NCBI GenBank assembly: GCA_965208215.1
Contig: CBDBOH010000003.1
Location: forward strand, 826,129-890,128
Reading direction: 5' to 3'
Length of the DNA: 64,000 bases
Source of the DNA: Chloroflexota bacterium
Lineage (GTDB): Bacteria; Chloroflexota; UBA11872
Shown: positions 1-8,752 of the stretch, in pieces
How positions within the stretch are numbered: the first letter of the stretch is position 1
Layout: each line of letters opens with the position of its first letter
Program-made: the position numbers and the translations under genes
The notes under the pieces: model-generated
What the model was told of the DNA's origin: nothing
The model's input: only the letters and a program-made list of their open reading frames with translations
Databases searched by the model: none

Positions 1-135
1 GATTCAGGCAAGAGTGGCTGGTGGTTTCTTATACTATTAATTCCATTGGCCGGCTGGCTAGTCTTCCTCGTGTTCATGATGCTCCCGAGCGAGGTCGGAT
101 CCAATCGGTACGGTCGGTCACCTGATGAAGATTAA
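1..135 (+). CDS. DUF805-like small inner-membrane protein, C-terminal fragment (5' end lies outside the window)
   Basis: Frame-1 reading frame runs in from the window edge and ends at TAA 133-135. Translation ...SGWWFLILLIPLAGWLVFLVFMMLPSEVGSNRYGRSPDED* shows a TM helix followed by the NRYG motif typical of DUF805/YhaH-type proteins. Confidence 0.45.
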   Translation, partial: DSGKSGWWFLILLIPLAGWLVFLVFMMLPSEVGSNRYGRSPDED

Positions 136-412
136 AAAGATAAGTTATCCAGAGGGCTGTTAGGGAAGCGCTCGATGCCGACCCAGGGGGTTGCGTCTCG
201 GTCGAGACAAAGCCACCGCATCCGCGGCCTGAATCAATGGAGAGCGCAGACGTGGTGACTGGGAACGGGGTTCCGGACTCGCCCAATGAGTCGGTTTCGT
301 CCCGCGTCGTTTCAGCCCTTTGGCCACTCCCCGGGAGATTGATGCCGCGGCGGCCGGTGCGGAACCGAACGACTGCTAGCCTCGCCCATCGCGCACTGGC
401 GAGACGGATGCC

Positions 413-1174
413 GTGACGGCCCGAGTTCGGGTCACTCTGTTCGCCGCCGTGGCCCTGGTGCTTGCCGGGCCCGTGCTGCTGTTTTTCCTGGCACGGCTGA
501 TCCTCAGCCATGATGCGGTGCTGCTGGACCATGTGTCCCAGCGTCGGCCGACGCTTGTCGAGCTCTCGCTCTGGGCCGGCGCCGACCCGAACTACCGGGT
601 CGACGAAGGCCGCTCGGCCCTGCCGGTGGCCGTGGAGCATGGCGATCTGGAAATCGTGCCGTTGCTCCTGGACGCCGGCGCCGATCCCGATGCCCGCACC
701 GCGGACGGCGAGCCCGTCGCGTCCCTGGCGGCCGGCGGCGGCAATGCCGCCATTCTGGCCATGCTGCTGGACGCCGGCGCCGACCCGAACGCCAGGGGTG
801 AGTCCGGCATCGCGGTCCTGGTTTCGGGCGTGACTCAGGGCGATGCCGAAACCGTGCGACTGCTCCTCGAGGCCGGGGCGGATCCCAACACCCTGGTGAA
901 GGACGGCCTGGCGGTCCTGGCCCTGGCCGTCGATCGCGGCAACACCCAGGTCGTGCGGCTGCTCCTGGACGCCGGCGCCGACCCCAACGGCCCCGGGATC
1001 GCGGAGCTCGTCCAGAAATCCGGCAACGCCGACCTGCTCGACCTGCTCGAGGCCGGAGCGCTCACCGCCGAAGCGCTGTTCACCCTGGCCGAACTCGGCC
1101 TGAACGCCCTCGCCAACATCGACAAGTTCATCGAGGGCATGCTCTGCATCTTCACCCTCGGCCTTGGCTGCTGA
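413..1174 (+). CDS. membrane-anchored ankyrin-repeat protein
   Basis: N-terminal hydrophobic helix (LFAAVALVLAGPVLLFFLARLIL). Then at least five ankyrin repeats with the canonical 'G(A/D)..V..LL(D/E)AGADPN' signature (LLDAGADPDARTADGEPV, LLDAGADPNARGESGIAVL, LLEAGADPNTLVKDGLAVL, LLDAGADPNGPGIAELV). Confidence 0.8.
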   Translation: MTARVRVTLFAAVALVLAGPVLLFFLARLILSHDAVLLDHVSQRRPTLVELSLWAGADPNYRVDEGRSALPVAVEHGDLEIVPLLLDAGADPDARTADGEPVASLAAGGGNAAILAMLLDAGADPNARGESGIAVLVSGVTQGDAETVRLLLEAGADPNTLVKDGLAVLALAVDRGNTQVVRLLLDAGADPNGPGIAELVQKSGNADLLDLLEAGALTAEALFTLAELGLNALANIDKFIEGMLCIFTLGLGC

Positions 1175-1485
1175 GCCCCCGCCGCTCGCCGCCCCCGGCC
1201 GGTCGCGGATTGCTGTCCGTGCTCATAGAGTGTACACTATCCGGGTAAGCCTTGCAAGCCACTCCGCCAATGCCTGTTTCCTCGCTGCTTCGGCAACTGC
1301 TCCAGCCCCTCCGGTGGCTGAGCTCGCTCCCCTGGGCGCCTCACGCGTCCCCCCATCGTCCCGGCGTGCCCAGCCGGTGCCCGGCACGCCCGGCACACGA
1401 ACCTCGGGTCGCCCCCCGCACGCCGGCCTCCGCATCCCTCCAACCCGCCACCCAAACCCGCCAGAACGCCACCCCGCCGCGCCTC

Positions 1486-1509
1486 AAGAGTTTTTTGGAA
1501 AAAACTCTT
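1486..1509. promoter_or_regulatory. AT-rich perfect palindrome AAGAGTTTTTT-GG-AAAAAACTCTT between convergent genes (possible bidirectional terminator or protein-binding site)
   Basis: Read directly from the sequence: 11-nt arms, 2-nt spacer, in an otherwise very GC-rich 400-bp intergenic region. It lies about 70 bp 3' of the minus-strand SH3 gene and about 310 bp 3' of the ankyrin gene. Confidence 0.4.
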
Positions 1510-1574
1510 ATTGCGCGCGAGACCCCCGAATCCGCCCGCTCCCACCGCTGCCGTCAGCCAGCCCTCAGCGGCCT

Positions 1575-2066
1575 CTACCGCCGGTCCAGGTACCGCTCCT
1601 GCACCCAGCCGCCGGCTTCCAGTTCGACCCACGTCAGCCCTTCCGACTGGCGCGAGCGTCCGGTGAGGTTCACCTGGGTCTCAAAGGGCAGGATCCGCAG
1701 CACGCGGCCCTGGGTGCTGGGTTCGGTGCGCACATTCAGGCCGTCGGTGGCATTCACCTCGCCGGTCCGCGATGGCGTGGGCGTGGGCGTCGGCGCCGGC
1801 GTGGGCGTTGCCGCCGGGGTGGCGGGCGCTGGCGTCGTCGGTGGCGTCGGGGCCAGCACCGTGGGCAGCGGGCCCGGGTTCGTGACGCCGACTTCGGCGG
1901 CCGGTCGCGGCGGCGCCGGTTCCAGGCTGGCCGCGATCTCCACCTCGGGACCCGACAGCAAAAAACGCAGGATCACGATCCCAAACACTGGCACCGCCAG
2001 GGTCCCCAGCAGGCCAATAGCCAGGGCCAGCCGGCTTTCGCGAGCCCAGCGATCCCAGAAGCTCAC
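1575..2066 (-). CDS. membrane-anchored protein with Pro/Thr-rich linker and C-terminal bacterial SH3 (SH3b/SH3_3) domain
   Basis: N-terminal TM (LALAIGLLGTLAVPVFGIVILRFLL), a PT-rich low-complexity linker (TPPTTPAPATPAATPTPAPTPTPTP), and a C-terminal SH3b-like block GLNVRTEPSTQGRVLRILPFETQVNLTG...WVELEAGGWVQERYLD. Confidence 0.7.
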   Translation of the reverse strand: MSFWDRWARESRLALAIGLLGTLAVPVFGIVILRFLLSGPEVEIAASLEPAPPRPAAEVGVTNPGPLPTVLAPTPPTTPAPATPAATPTPAPTPTPTPSRTGEVNATDGLNVRTEPSTQGRVLRILPFETQVNLTGRSRQSEGLTWVELEAGGWVQERYLDRR

Positions 2067-2235
2067 GGCTCGTCCCGCGGGTGCATCATTGGCAGGTCAC
2101 CGTATCGCACGCCGTCGCCAACCGCCGCGTTCCGTAGACAATCCCGCCGCCCCGCCCCTACAATTGCACCACGCCGGCAACGCGTGTCGGCTGTCCGCGC
2201 TCCAGTGTCGGAGCGTCGGGACGTTGATCCTCCCG

Positions 2236-2270
2236 CCCCTACGGCAGCGATTGCCGCGGGGCGTTTTTTT
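2236..2270 (+). terminator. terminator-like GC hairpin plus T8 run in the glnA 5' leader
   Basis: CCCCUACGGCA-GCGAU-UGCCGCGGGG stem (one bulge) followed by CGTTTTTTTA on the plus strand, about 65 nt upstream of the glnA ATG (2334). A 10-nt direct repeat CCGCCCCTAC occurs at about 2150 and again at 2230. Confidence 0.5.
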
Positions 2271-2333
2271 ATCTAGCGGGCAGGCCATGCTGCAGGAGGC
2301 GGGCGGGCTGCCAACGCGAGGAGCGGCATAGCG

Positions 2334-3776
2334 ATGTCTGAGCTCTCTCGAGACGATCTCATCCAGAGCGTCATGCGCAAGGCGCGTGACGCCGACTGCC
2401 GGATTTTCGACCTCCGGTTCACGGACCTGCCGGGCACCTGGCAGCATTTCTCGTTGCCGATCGACAAGCTCGAAGAAGATCTCTTCGACGACGGTCTCGG
2501 CTTCGACGGTTCGAGCGTCCGCGGCTTCCAGCAGATCCAGGAAAGCGACATGCTGGTGGTGCCGGACCCGGCCACCGCGTTTGTGGACCCGATTCCGGAA
2601 GTCCCGACCCTGGTGATGTCCTGCGACATCCGCGACCCGATCACCGGCGAGTCCTACACTCGCGATCCGCGCAACATCGCGCGCAAGGCCGAGCAGCACC
2701 TGATCGACAGCGGTATCGCCGACACCAGCTACTGGGGTCCCGAGGCTGAGTTCTTCATCTTCAACAGCATCCGCTACGACCAGACGGCCAACGCCGGCTA
2801 TTTCTTCATCGACAGCGAGGAAGGAGTCTGGAATACCGGCGCCGACGACATGCACGTGGCCAATCTGGGCCACCGCCCGCGGCACAAGATGGGCTACTTC
2901 CCGGTCCCGCCAAACGACAAGCTGCAAGACCTGCGCACGCAGATGGTGCTGGCGCTCGGCGAGGTTGGCCTTGACGTTGAGGTTCACCACCACGAGGTCG
3001 CCACCGCAGGTCAGGCTGAGATCGACCTGGTGTACGCCCCGCTGGTCAAGTCCGCCGACGGGATCATGCTGTACAAGTACATCGTCAAGAACGTGGCGCA
3101 GAAGGCCGGCTACACGGTCACCTTCATGCCCAAGCCGATCTTCGGTGACAACGGGTCCGGCATGCATGTCCACCAGAGTCTCTGGAAGGACGGTACGCCG
3201 CTGTTCTACGACGAAACCGGCTACGCCATGTTGAGCGAGACGGCCCGGCACTACATCGGCGGCCTGCTGCGGCATGCGCCGGCGTTGCTGGCCTTCGCGG
3301 CGCCAACTACCAACTCATACCGGCGCCTGGTGCCCGGGTTCGAGGCGCCGGTGAACCTGGTCTACTCCATGCGAAACCGCAGCGCCTGCATTCGCATTCC
3401 GACGTACTCCAGCAGCCCGGCGGCGCGGCGCGTGGAATTCCGCCCGCCCGACCCGACGGCCAACCCGTACCTGGCCTTTTCCGCCATGCTGATGGCGGGG
3501 CTGGATGGCATCCGCAACAAGATCGAGCCGCCCCCGCCGGCCGACATGGACCTGTACGAGCTGGAGCCCGAGGAAGCGGCCAAGATCCAGTCGGTGCCGG
3601 GCTCGCTCTACGAGGTGCTGGACGCGCTGGAAGCCGACCACGAGTTCCTGCTGGTCGGCGACGTGTTCACCCAAGACGTCATCGACACTTGGCTGGAATA
3701 CAAGCGCACCCGCGAGGCCGACGAGGTTAACCTGCGGCCGCACCCGTATGAGTTCATGCTCTACTACGACGCCTAG
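2334..3776 (+). CDS. glnA: glutamine synthetase, type I
   Basis: 480-aa ORF with a GAGGAG RBS 11 nt upstream. N-terminal beta-grasp and catalytic-domain signatures of GSI ([56 protein letters not shown]). Confidence 0.95.
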   Translation: MSELSRDDLIQSVMRKARDADCRIFDLRFTDLPGTWQHFSLPIDKLEEDLFDDGLGFDGSSVRGFQQIQESDMLVVPDPATAFVDPIPEVPTLVMSCDIRDPITGESYTRDPRNIARKAEQHLIDSGIADTSYWGPEAEFFIFNSIRYDQTANAGYFFIDSEEGVWNTGADDMHVANLGHRPRHKMGYFPVPPNDKLQDLRTQMVLALGEVGLDVEVHHHEVATAGQAEIDLVYAPLVKSADGIMLYKYIVKNVAQKAGYTVTFMPKPIFGDNGSGMHVHQSLWKDGTPLFYDETGYAMLSETARHYIGGLLRHAPALLAFAAPTTNSYRRLVPGFEAPVNLVYSMRNRSACIRIPTYSSSPAARRVEFRPPDPTANPYLAFSAMLMAGLDGIRNKIEPPPPADMDLYELEPEEAAKIQSVPGSLYEVLDALEADHEFLLVGDVFTQDVIDTWLEYKRTREADEVNLRPHPYEFMLYYDA

Positions 3777-3830
3777 CGTCGAGCCTCGGCTTCATCTTCC
3801 GCGGCCCCCGGCAACGGGGGCCGCGGGGCG

Positions 3831-4865
3831 TTAGTTGGCCTGTGGCCGCTGCCGCATCCGACCCCGGCGCCGCGCACGGCGGCGGCGCCGCGATCGCGGG
3901 CTGGAACGCCGGGCCTCCTGGCCCGAGCCGGCATCGCCGGATTCCGCCGCCGCGCTTCCGGCCGTCCGCCGCCGCGCGGGCCGCTGACCGCTGCGGGTGC
4001 GCCGCTGCGGCTCGGGCCGCTCAGGCGCAGGTGCTTCCGGCTGCGGCTCGGGCTCATACTCCGGCGCCACCGCTTGCCCCAGGACGTCTTTCAGTTCGTG
4101 AACGCCACAACTGTCGCACGCGCCGCTGGTGGCGCAGCCGCCACCGCCCTGCGCCTGCTCGGCGGCCAGCTTGTCCTGCACGTACCCATCGTGCTCGTAC
4201 TGCAGGCAGCACAGCAGCCTTCCGCAGGCGCCTGAGATCTTATCGGGGTTCAGCGGCAGATTCTGGTCCTTCGCCATCCGCAACGAGACGGTGTCCAATT
4301 CGGAGAGAAACGTCGCGCAACACAGCTCGCGCCCGCAGCGCCCCATGCCGGTCCGCATGGCGGCACGCTCCCGCGGGCCGACCTGGCGCAGTTCCACGCG
4401 CGTTCGGAACCGAGTGGCCATCTCGCCTACGAGGTCGCCCAACTCCAGTCTGGCCTCCCGCGATGAGAAATGCAGGGTCAGCGTGGCGCCATCGAAGGTG
4501 TACTCGGCCTTGACGGCCTGCATGGGCAGCCGCTTCACCATGATGGCTTTGGCAAAGGCGCGTTCGGCTTCCGCCTCCTGCTCGCGGTAGTTCGTCATGC
4601 TGGCCAAGTCATCGTCAGAGGCCCGCCGGACGATCGGCTTCAACTCGCCGCGCAGGTCGTTCAGGTCAACCTCGGTGGCTGTCATGACTACGCGAGCCGC
4701 GGTTAGACCCCGCGGCGTCTCCACGATCGCGAAGTCGCCCACGGCGAGGTCGGCGTCGCACGGGTCGTAGTAGTAGAGCCGGCCAGCGCGGCGAAATCGG
4801 ATGCCGATGGCGCGCGCGGTATTGGCGGGCGCATCAGCGGCGACCACGACTACCTCCTTGGACAT
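3831..4865 (-). CDS. ricT: PSP1-domain protein RicT/YaaT (regulatory iron-sulfur-containing complex subunit) with polybasic C-terminal tail
   Basis: PSP1 C-terminal domain signatures (GRCGRELCCATFLSELDTVSLRMAKDQNLPLNPDKISGACGRLLCCLQYEH), placed immediately downstream of holB as in Bacillus holB-yaaT. The C-terminal 70 aa are Arg-rich low complexity (RRSSPRSRRRRRARRRGRMRQRP). The first 32 nt overlap the holB 3' end. Confidence 0.85.
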   Translation of the reverse strand: MSKEVVVVAADAPANTARAIGIRFRRAGRLYYYDPCDADLAVGDFAIVETPRGLTAARVVMTATEVDLNDLRGELKPIVRRASDDDLASMTNYREQEAEAERAFAKAIMVKRLPMQAVKAEYTFDGATLTLHFSSREARLELGDLVGEMATRFRTRVELRQVGPRERAAMRTGMGRCGRELCCATFLSELDTVSLRMAKDQNLPLNPDKISGACGRLLCCLQYEHDGYVQDKLAAEQAQGGGGCATSGACDSCGVHELKDVLGQAVAPEYEPEPQPEAPAPERPEPQRRTRSGQRPARRRTAGSAAAESGDAGSGQEARRSSPRSRRRRRARRRGRMRQRPQAN

Positions 4866-5949
4866 CGCCCGGATCGGGCTCCGGGCGCAACGCTAAATCC
4901 TCAAGCGCGAGACGCGGCGACACGTTCGCGATCAGCGCCCGCTGCGTCGCCCGAAGCCGGATCAAGCGGCCGACGGCGCTGGCAAGCGCGGCGCGCCGAG
5001 CGCTCGGCGCGCGCCGCGGATGACCCCGCATCGCCGAGCGCAGTGTATGCGACTGCTCCATTTCGACCGTTCGCAGCCAGGCCAGCGCTGCGTTGGTCTG
5101 CGCCACCATACGCCCGCGCGGCAGCTGGCGGCCTACGGTATGGAAGCGCGTTGGCACCGGTGCCTTCTCGAAGTCGGCCGCTTCGGCGCCAGCGGCTCGG
5201 TAGGCCTCCCACGCTGCCGGGTCGCGGGCCATTCGAATCGCCCAGCCGGGACGTCCGCGGGCTGCCCGCGCGATCTGGCCCACGGTGTCGGGCGACAGCG
5301 GAAAGCTCGGGGAGAGATGCGCCACGATTTCGGCGTCCGGCACGGGCCCCAGCTCGATAACGCGACAGCGGGACACGATCGTCGGCAGCAGGTCGGCTGC
5401 TCGCGGCGCAATGAGGATCAGGATGGCATGCGTGCCCGGCTCCTCCAGGGTCTTCAGCAGCGCGTTAGCCGCCAGTGCGTTGATCTCGTGCGCCGCGTCG
5501 ATCAGGCCGATTCGCATCGGCTGGGAGGCCGGTGTGCGGTACAGCCCGGCGCCCCATTCCCTGACGCCCTCGATCACGATGTCCCGGGCATGGTCCGCGC
5601 GCCGCAGTACGTGCAGATCGTTGTAGGCGGTGAGCACGAAACGCAGATCCACGCGTCGTCCGTCGACCGTCATCAGGCTGCTGGGGTCGGGCTCTTCGTC
5701 GGGGTGCCCACGTCGCACGGCGGTTCGCCACATGGAGTTGGCGTCGTCCAGGAACCGATAGGCGGGGGTCGCCTCGACCGGTTGGGGTAAGCCGGCGCAC
5801 CAGATCTCCTGTGCCAGCCGGATGGCAAACGTGCGGCGCCCAACGCCCGGCGGACCCGCGATCAGGTAGGTCTGCGCCGCCCGCCGCGACCGCAACGAGC
5901 CCTGAACGGACCGTACTGCGTGGGTGTTGCCCACAAAGCTCCAGTCCAT
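4834..5949 (-). CDS. holB: DNA polymerase III delta' subunit
   Basis: AAA+ clamp-loader features: P-loop YLIAGPPGVGRRTFAIRLAQEI, sensor/SRC region LLKTLEEPGTHAILILIA...TIVSRC. Its start ATG overlaps the stop of the upstream gene by 1 nt (TGATG). Confidence 0.85.
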   Translation of the reverse strand: MDWSFVGNTHAVRSVQGSLRSRRAAQTYLIAGPPGVGRRTFAIRLAQEIWCAGLPQPVEATPAYRFLDDANSMWRTAVRRGHPDEEPDPSSLMTVDGRRVDLRFVLTAYNDLHVLRRADHARDIVIEGVREWGAGLYRTPASQPMRIGLIDAAHEINALAANALLKTLEEPGTHAILILIAPRAADLLPTIVSRCRVIELGPVPDAEIVAHLSPSFPLSPDTVGQIARAARGRPGWAIRMARDPAAWEAYRAAGAEAADFEKAPVPTRFHTVGRQLPRGRMVAQTNAALAWLRTVEMEQSHTLRSAMRGHPRRAPSARRAALASAVGRLIRLRATQRALIANVSPRLALEDLALRPEPDPGDVQGGSRGRR

Positions 5950-8018
5950 CAGGCCTCCGCCGCTGGCACGGTCACGATGTCGTTGATCGGAATCTGCAGC
6001 TGCAGGGCCTGAGCCAGTTCAAAGGTTTCCGGGCTGTAGATCGCCACGGTGCCCTGATCGGCACTGCCGACAATGAGCGAGCCGCTGGCGGGATCGAGCG
6101 CAACCGCACGCGGAGACTTGGCCACGGGCAGCAAAAAACGAGTGTCCAACGTCTCCGCGTCCAGACCGGTGACCGTATCGGTCCACAGGTTGGACGCGAT
6201 CAGTGTGGACGTGCGTTCGTCCACGGCCAGGCGGTTCACGCCCTCGTCGAGTTGGCGCGTCCGCTGGATTTCCAGAGTGGTTGGGTTTAACCGGCTTACG
6301 CTGCCGTCGCGCAAGCTGGCCACGAACAGGCGGCCGGCCGCGTCACGAACCAGGGCCTCGGGCCAGGAGGGTACCGTCGCCCGCGCTTCCTCCTCGCCAG
6401 TCTCCACATTGAAGCGGACTACGGTCGAGAACGGCCGGTTGGCCAAATACACCGTAACTCCGTCGCCGCTGGGCACGACGTCGCCGACGCCGGCTGGTAC
6501 CTCCCAGTCGTAGATGACCCGGCGGGACTCTGGATCCAGCACGAACACGTGCCCGCGGTCGAGGTCGGAGCCGGTGACGTACACACGTCCGTTCTTGGGT
6601 TCTACGGCAATGTCGGCGGTAACCAGGGCCGTGGCCGGGGCGCGGTCGGTACCCGCCAGGGGCGCCAGCCGGAAGATCGACCCAATGCCGCCGGCCGATC
6701 CGGGCTCGTTGGCCCCCCGGCTCGGCTCGCCCGACCAGAGACTCTGCTCGGCGCGAGGCTCCCGGCGGACAACCACCGTAACGGTCGTAATCACGTTTGG
6801 TCTGATTTCAACGATCGTGCGTTCGCCCAGCGGTTGAAAGAAACCGTCGGCCGTCACCAGCACCTCGTGCTGGCTACCGCTGATCAGGTCGGGAACGCGG
6901 ATGCGGCCTTGGTCGTCCGTCCGCTCGGACTTCACGAAGACTCGGGTACCGCGCACGTTCCAGAACAACCGCACGAAGGCATCGGCCACCGGTCGCTCAT
7001 CGACATCGACCACGCGCACCTCGAGCGTGAACGTAAGCGGGATTGGGAGGCCCGCGGCGCCCGCGTTCGCGTCGATCACATCTACCTGCTTGGCGACTTC
7101 GTCGACCGTAAAGGCGCGTTCGCGGCCGGGGTCTGACGCGATGGCCCAGACGGCCGGCAGGCCTGCACCGGCGGGCGGTATCGGCGTGAGCGACGGTAAG
7201 TCGATCACCGCCATCGTGGTTGCGGCAGGTGTGTCTACCATCGGCACGCCGCCCGCCACGATCCGGCCGGCCGGACCGGGCGGCATGGCAAAGCGCACGC
7301 TCGACGGCTCCGTCTCCGCCACGGCGACCCCTGGAGTCCGCAGTATCAGGTAGCCGGGCACGCGGGCTCGAACGTCGTAGCCTTGTCCCGGCGCCAGACC
7401 GGTGAACGAAACTGTGCCGTCCGGGGCAATCGGGACGATGGCCAGCAAGTCGCCGCGAAGTCCCAGCAGATCCACAAAGCCATTGGTGAGCGGCTGTCCG
7501 CTCGACTCGTCTTCGACCGTCACCTCGATGACCCCGGGTCCTGCTACCACGTCGAAGTCCGTCTCCGAGGCGCCGGCGAACTCTCCGCCGCGATACGACG
7601 CTTCCGCGCGAAAGCTGACAATCGACTGCGGCGTGAGCGGCAGGGTGCTGGGCAGCCGGGTTTCGACAGTGAAGGTACCGGCGCGCGAGGCAATGACCTC
7701 GGCAACGTAAACGGCGGGTGACGCCGTCTGCATGGTGTCGATGCGGCCGTCCGCCGTCACGGTCGGCCGCCCCGAGGCCACCACCATCTCCAGGCGAATC
7801 AGGGTTCGCGGGATCCAGTCGACGCCGCGGATGGTGATGTCGGAGCCGACCGCGCCGCTGGGTGGTTCGATGCGCAGCTCCGGGCCTTCGTCCTCCGCCA
7901 GTGGGAAGTCGCCGGTAATGGACGAGCCGTAAAGACCGAGCGCCAGGATCGCGAGCACCGGGATCAGCAGGATGGTCCCGACGATGGCGGCGATTGTTAG
8001 CGCGCGACTGGTGGACAT
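5949..8018 (-). CDS. secreted/membrane-anchored protein with carboxypeptidase-regulatory-like (Cna/CarboxypepD_reg) beta-sandwich domains and a C-terminal YVTN-type beta-propeller
   Basis: The ORF is extended to 8498 in the track, but the likely start is ATG around 8018 (MSTSRALTIAAIVGTILLIPVLAILALGLYG signal/TM); the extension would run into the upstream gene. Beta-sandwich blocks (FVRLFWNVRGTRVFVKSERTDDQGRIRVPDL). C-terminal YVTN-like repeats (RVYVTGSDLDRGHVFVLDP..., GVTVYLANRPFSTVVRFNVETGEE, RLFVASLRDGSVSRLNPTT, SLIVGSADQGTVAIYSPETFE). Confidence 0.7.
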   Translation of the reverse strand: MSTSRALTIAAIVGTILLIPVLAILALGLYGSSITGDFPLAEDEGPELRIEPPSGAVGSDITIRGVDWIPRTLIRLEMVVASGRPTVTADGRIDTMQTASPAVYVAEVIASRAGTFTVETRLPSTLPLTPQSIVSFRAEASYRGGEFAGASETDFDVVAGPGVIEVTVEDESSGQPLTNGFVDLLGLRGDLLAIVPIAPDGTVSFTGLAPGQGYDVRARVPGYLILRTPGVAVAETEPSSVRFAMPPGPAGRIVAGGVPMVDTPAATTMAVIDLPSLTPIPPAGAGLPAVWAIASDPGRERAFTVDEVAKQVDVIDANAGAAGLPIPLTFTLEVRVVDVDERPVADAFVRLFWNVRGTRVFVKSERTDDQGRIRVPDLISGSQHEVLVTADGFFQPLGERTIVEIRPNVITTVTVVVRREPRAEQSLWSGEPSRGANEPGSAGGIGSIFRLAPLAGTDRAPATALVTADIAVEPKNGRVYVTGSDLDRGHVFVLDPESRRVIYDWEVPAGVGDVVPSGDGVTVYLANRPFSTVVRFNVETGEEEARATVPSWPEALVRDAAGRLFVASLRDGSVSRLNPTTLEIQRTRQLDEGVNRLAVDERTSTLIASNLWTDTVTGLDAETLDTRFLLPVAKSPRAVALDPASGSLIVGSADQGTVAIYSPETFELAQALQLQIPINDIVTVPAAEA

Positions 8019-8232
8019 GAATCCTGTTCGCGGGTCCCTACGATTGCAAGATTTAACGGAACCAGTGCCTGTCGCAGCACGCTGCCCGAGAAGACGCGCG
8101 CGACGCCCCGGCGTCCGCTGGATTGTAGTCCGTTCCGGGTTTGCCGCCGCGAGGGCGTCGCGCAGATCGCCGCGTGGTTCGTTCCAACTCGGCCGGGCCG
8201 CTGGACCCGCGGCGTGGAGACCTTCTCCCGGA

Positions 8233-8700
8233 TTAGTCGGACGAAGACTCGCCGCCGGGCCATGCCGGCCAGTTGCCAAAGGCCCCGGCCTTGCGGCCGG
8301 AGTAGGCAATGGCCACGAGGCCCCGAGCTTCATCGCCAATGCCGACCAGCATGCCGTTCGCCCGGCCGCCGGCGCTGATGGCGATGATCCCGCTGGCGTT
8401 ATCCCCTGAGATGGCCACGATGCCGCTGGCGTTCCCGGCGGCGACGGCGACGATGCCAATCGCGTTGCCCAGGCTGATGGCCAGGATTCCCACGGCAACG
8501 AGCGGGCTTAGCGCGATGGCTCCAATCCCGACGATGTAGGCGAAACTGATCGTCCGATCCCCGACGATCCAGTCCATCTCAACGACGCCGACGATCCCCA
8601 GGATCGTGATGATGATCGTGGCTAGCAGCGTTGCCAGCGTGGCCAGTCCGGCCAGTCCTCGGAATGCCTGTCCAACCCCGGTCTGTGCTGTGTCCGACAT
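8233..8700 (-). CDS. small membrane protein built from tandem 11-residue Gly/Ala/Ile repeats (glycine-zipper-like)
   Basis: Hydrophobic N-terminus, then about six consecutive 11-aa units: NAIGIVAVAAG / NASGIVAISGD / NASGIIAISAGGRA / NGMLVGIGDEA / RGLVAIAYSGRKA. These are encoded by 33-bp tandem DNA repeats. It is the first gene of the minus-strand run ending in holB-ricT. Confidence 0.6.
   Translation of the reverse strand: MSDTAQTGVGQAFRGLAGLATLATLLATIIITILGIVGVVEMDWIVGDRTISFAYIVGIGAIALSPLVAVGILAISLGNAIGIVAVAAGNASGIVAISGDNASGIIAISAGGRANGMLVGIGDEARGLVAIAYSGRKAGAFGNWPAWPGGESSSD
8340..8500. repeat. about five tandem 33-bp repeats (coding; inside the 8233..8700 gene)
   Basis: Seen directly: GCTGATGGCGATGATCCCGCTGGCGTTATCCCCT / GAGATGGCCACGATGCCGCTGGCGTTCCCGGCG / GCGACGGCGACGATGCCAATCGCGTTGCCCAGG / CTGATGGCCAGGATTCC... 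Confidence 0.7.
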
Positions 8701-8752
8701 GATTGACGCCTCCTTGCGGGTGAGCCTACGCGGGCGTCTCCGCGGCCGACAA

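Noticed and set aside
2067-2333. Glutamine (glnA RNA motif) riboswitch upstream of glnA
   Set aside because: I could not find the conserved E-loop/pseudoknot consensus by eye. Only a terminator-like hairpin is supportable without a covariance-model scan.
8019-8498. 160-aa N-terminal extension of the 849-aa ORF (5949..8498)
   Set aside because: The extension is Pro/Ala/Ser/Gly low complexity and overlaps the 3' end of the upstream repeat-protein gene (ends 8233). A good signal-peptide start (MSTSRALTIAAIVG...) exists at around 8018.
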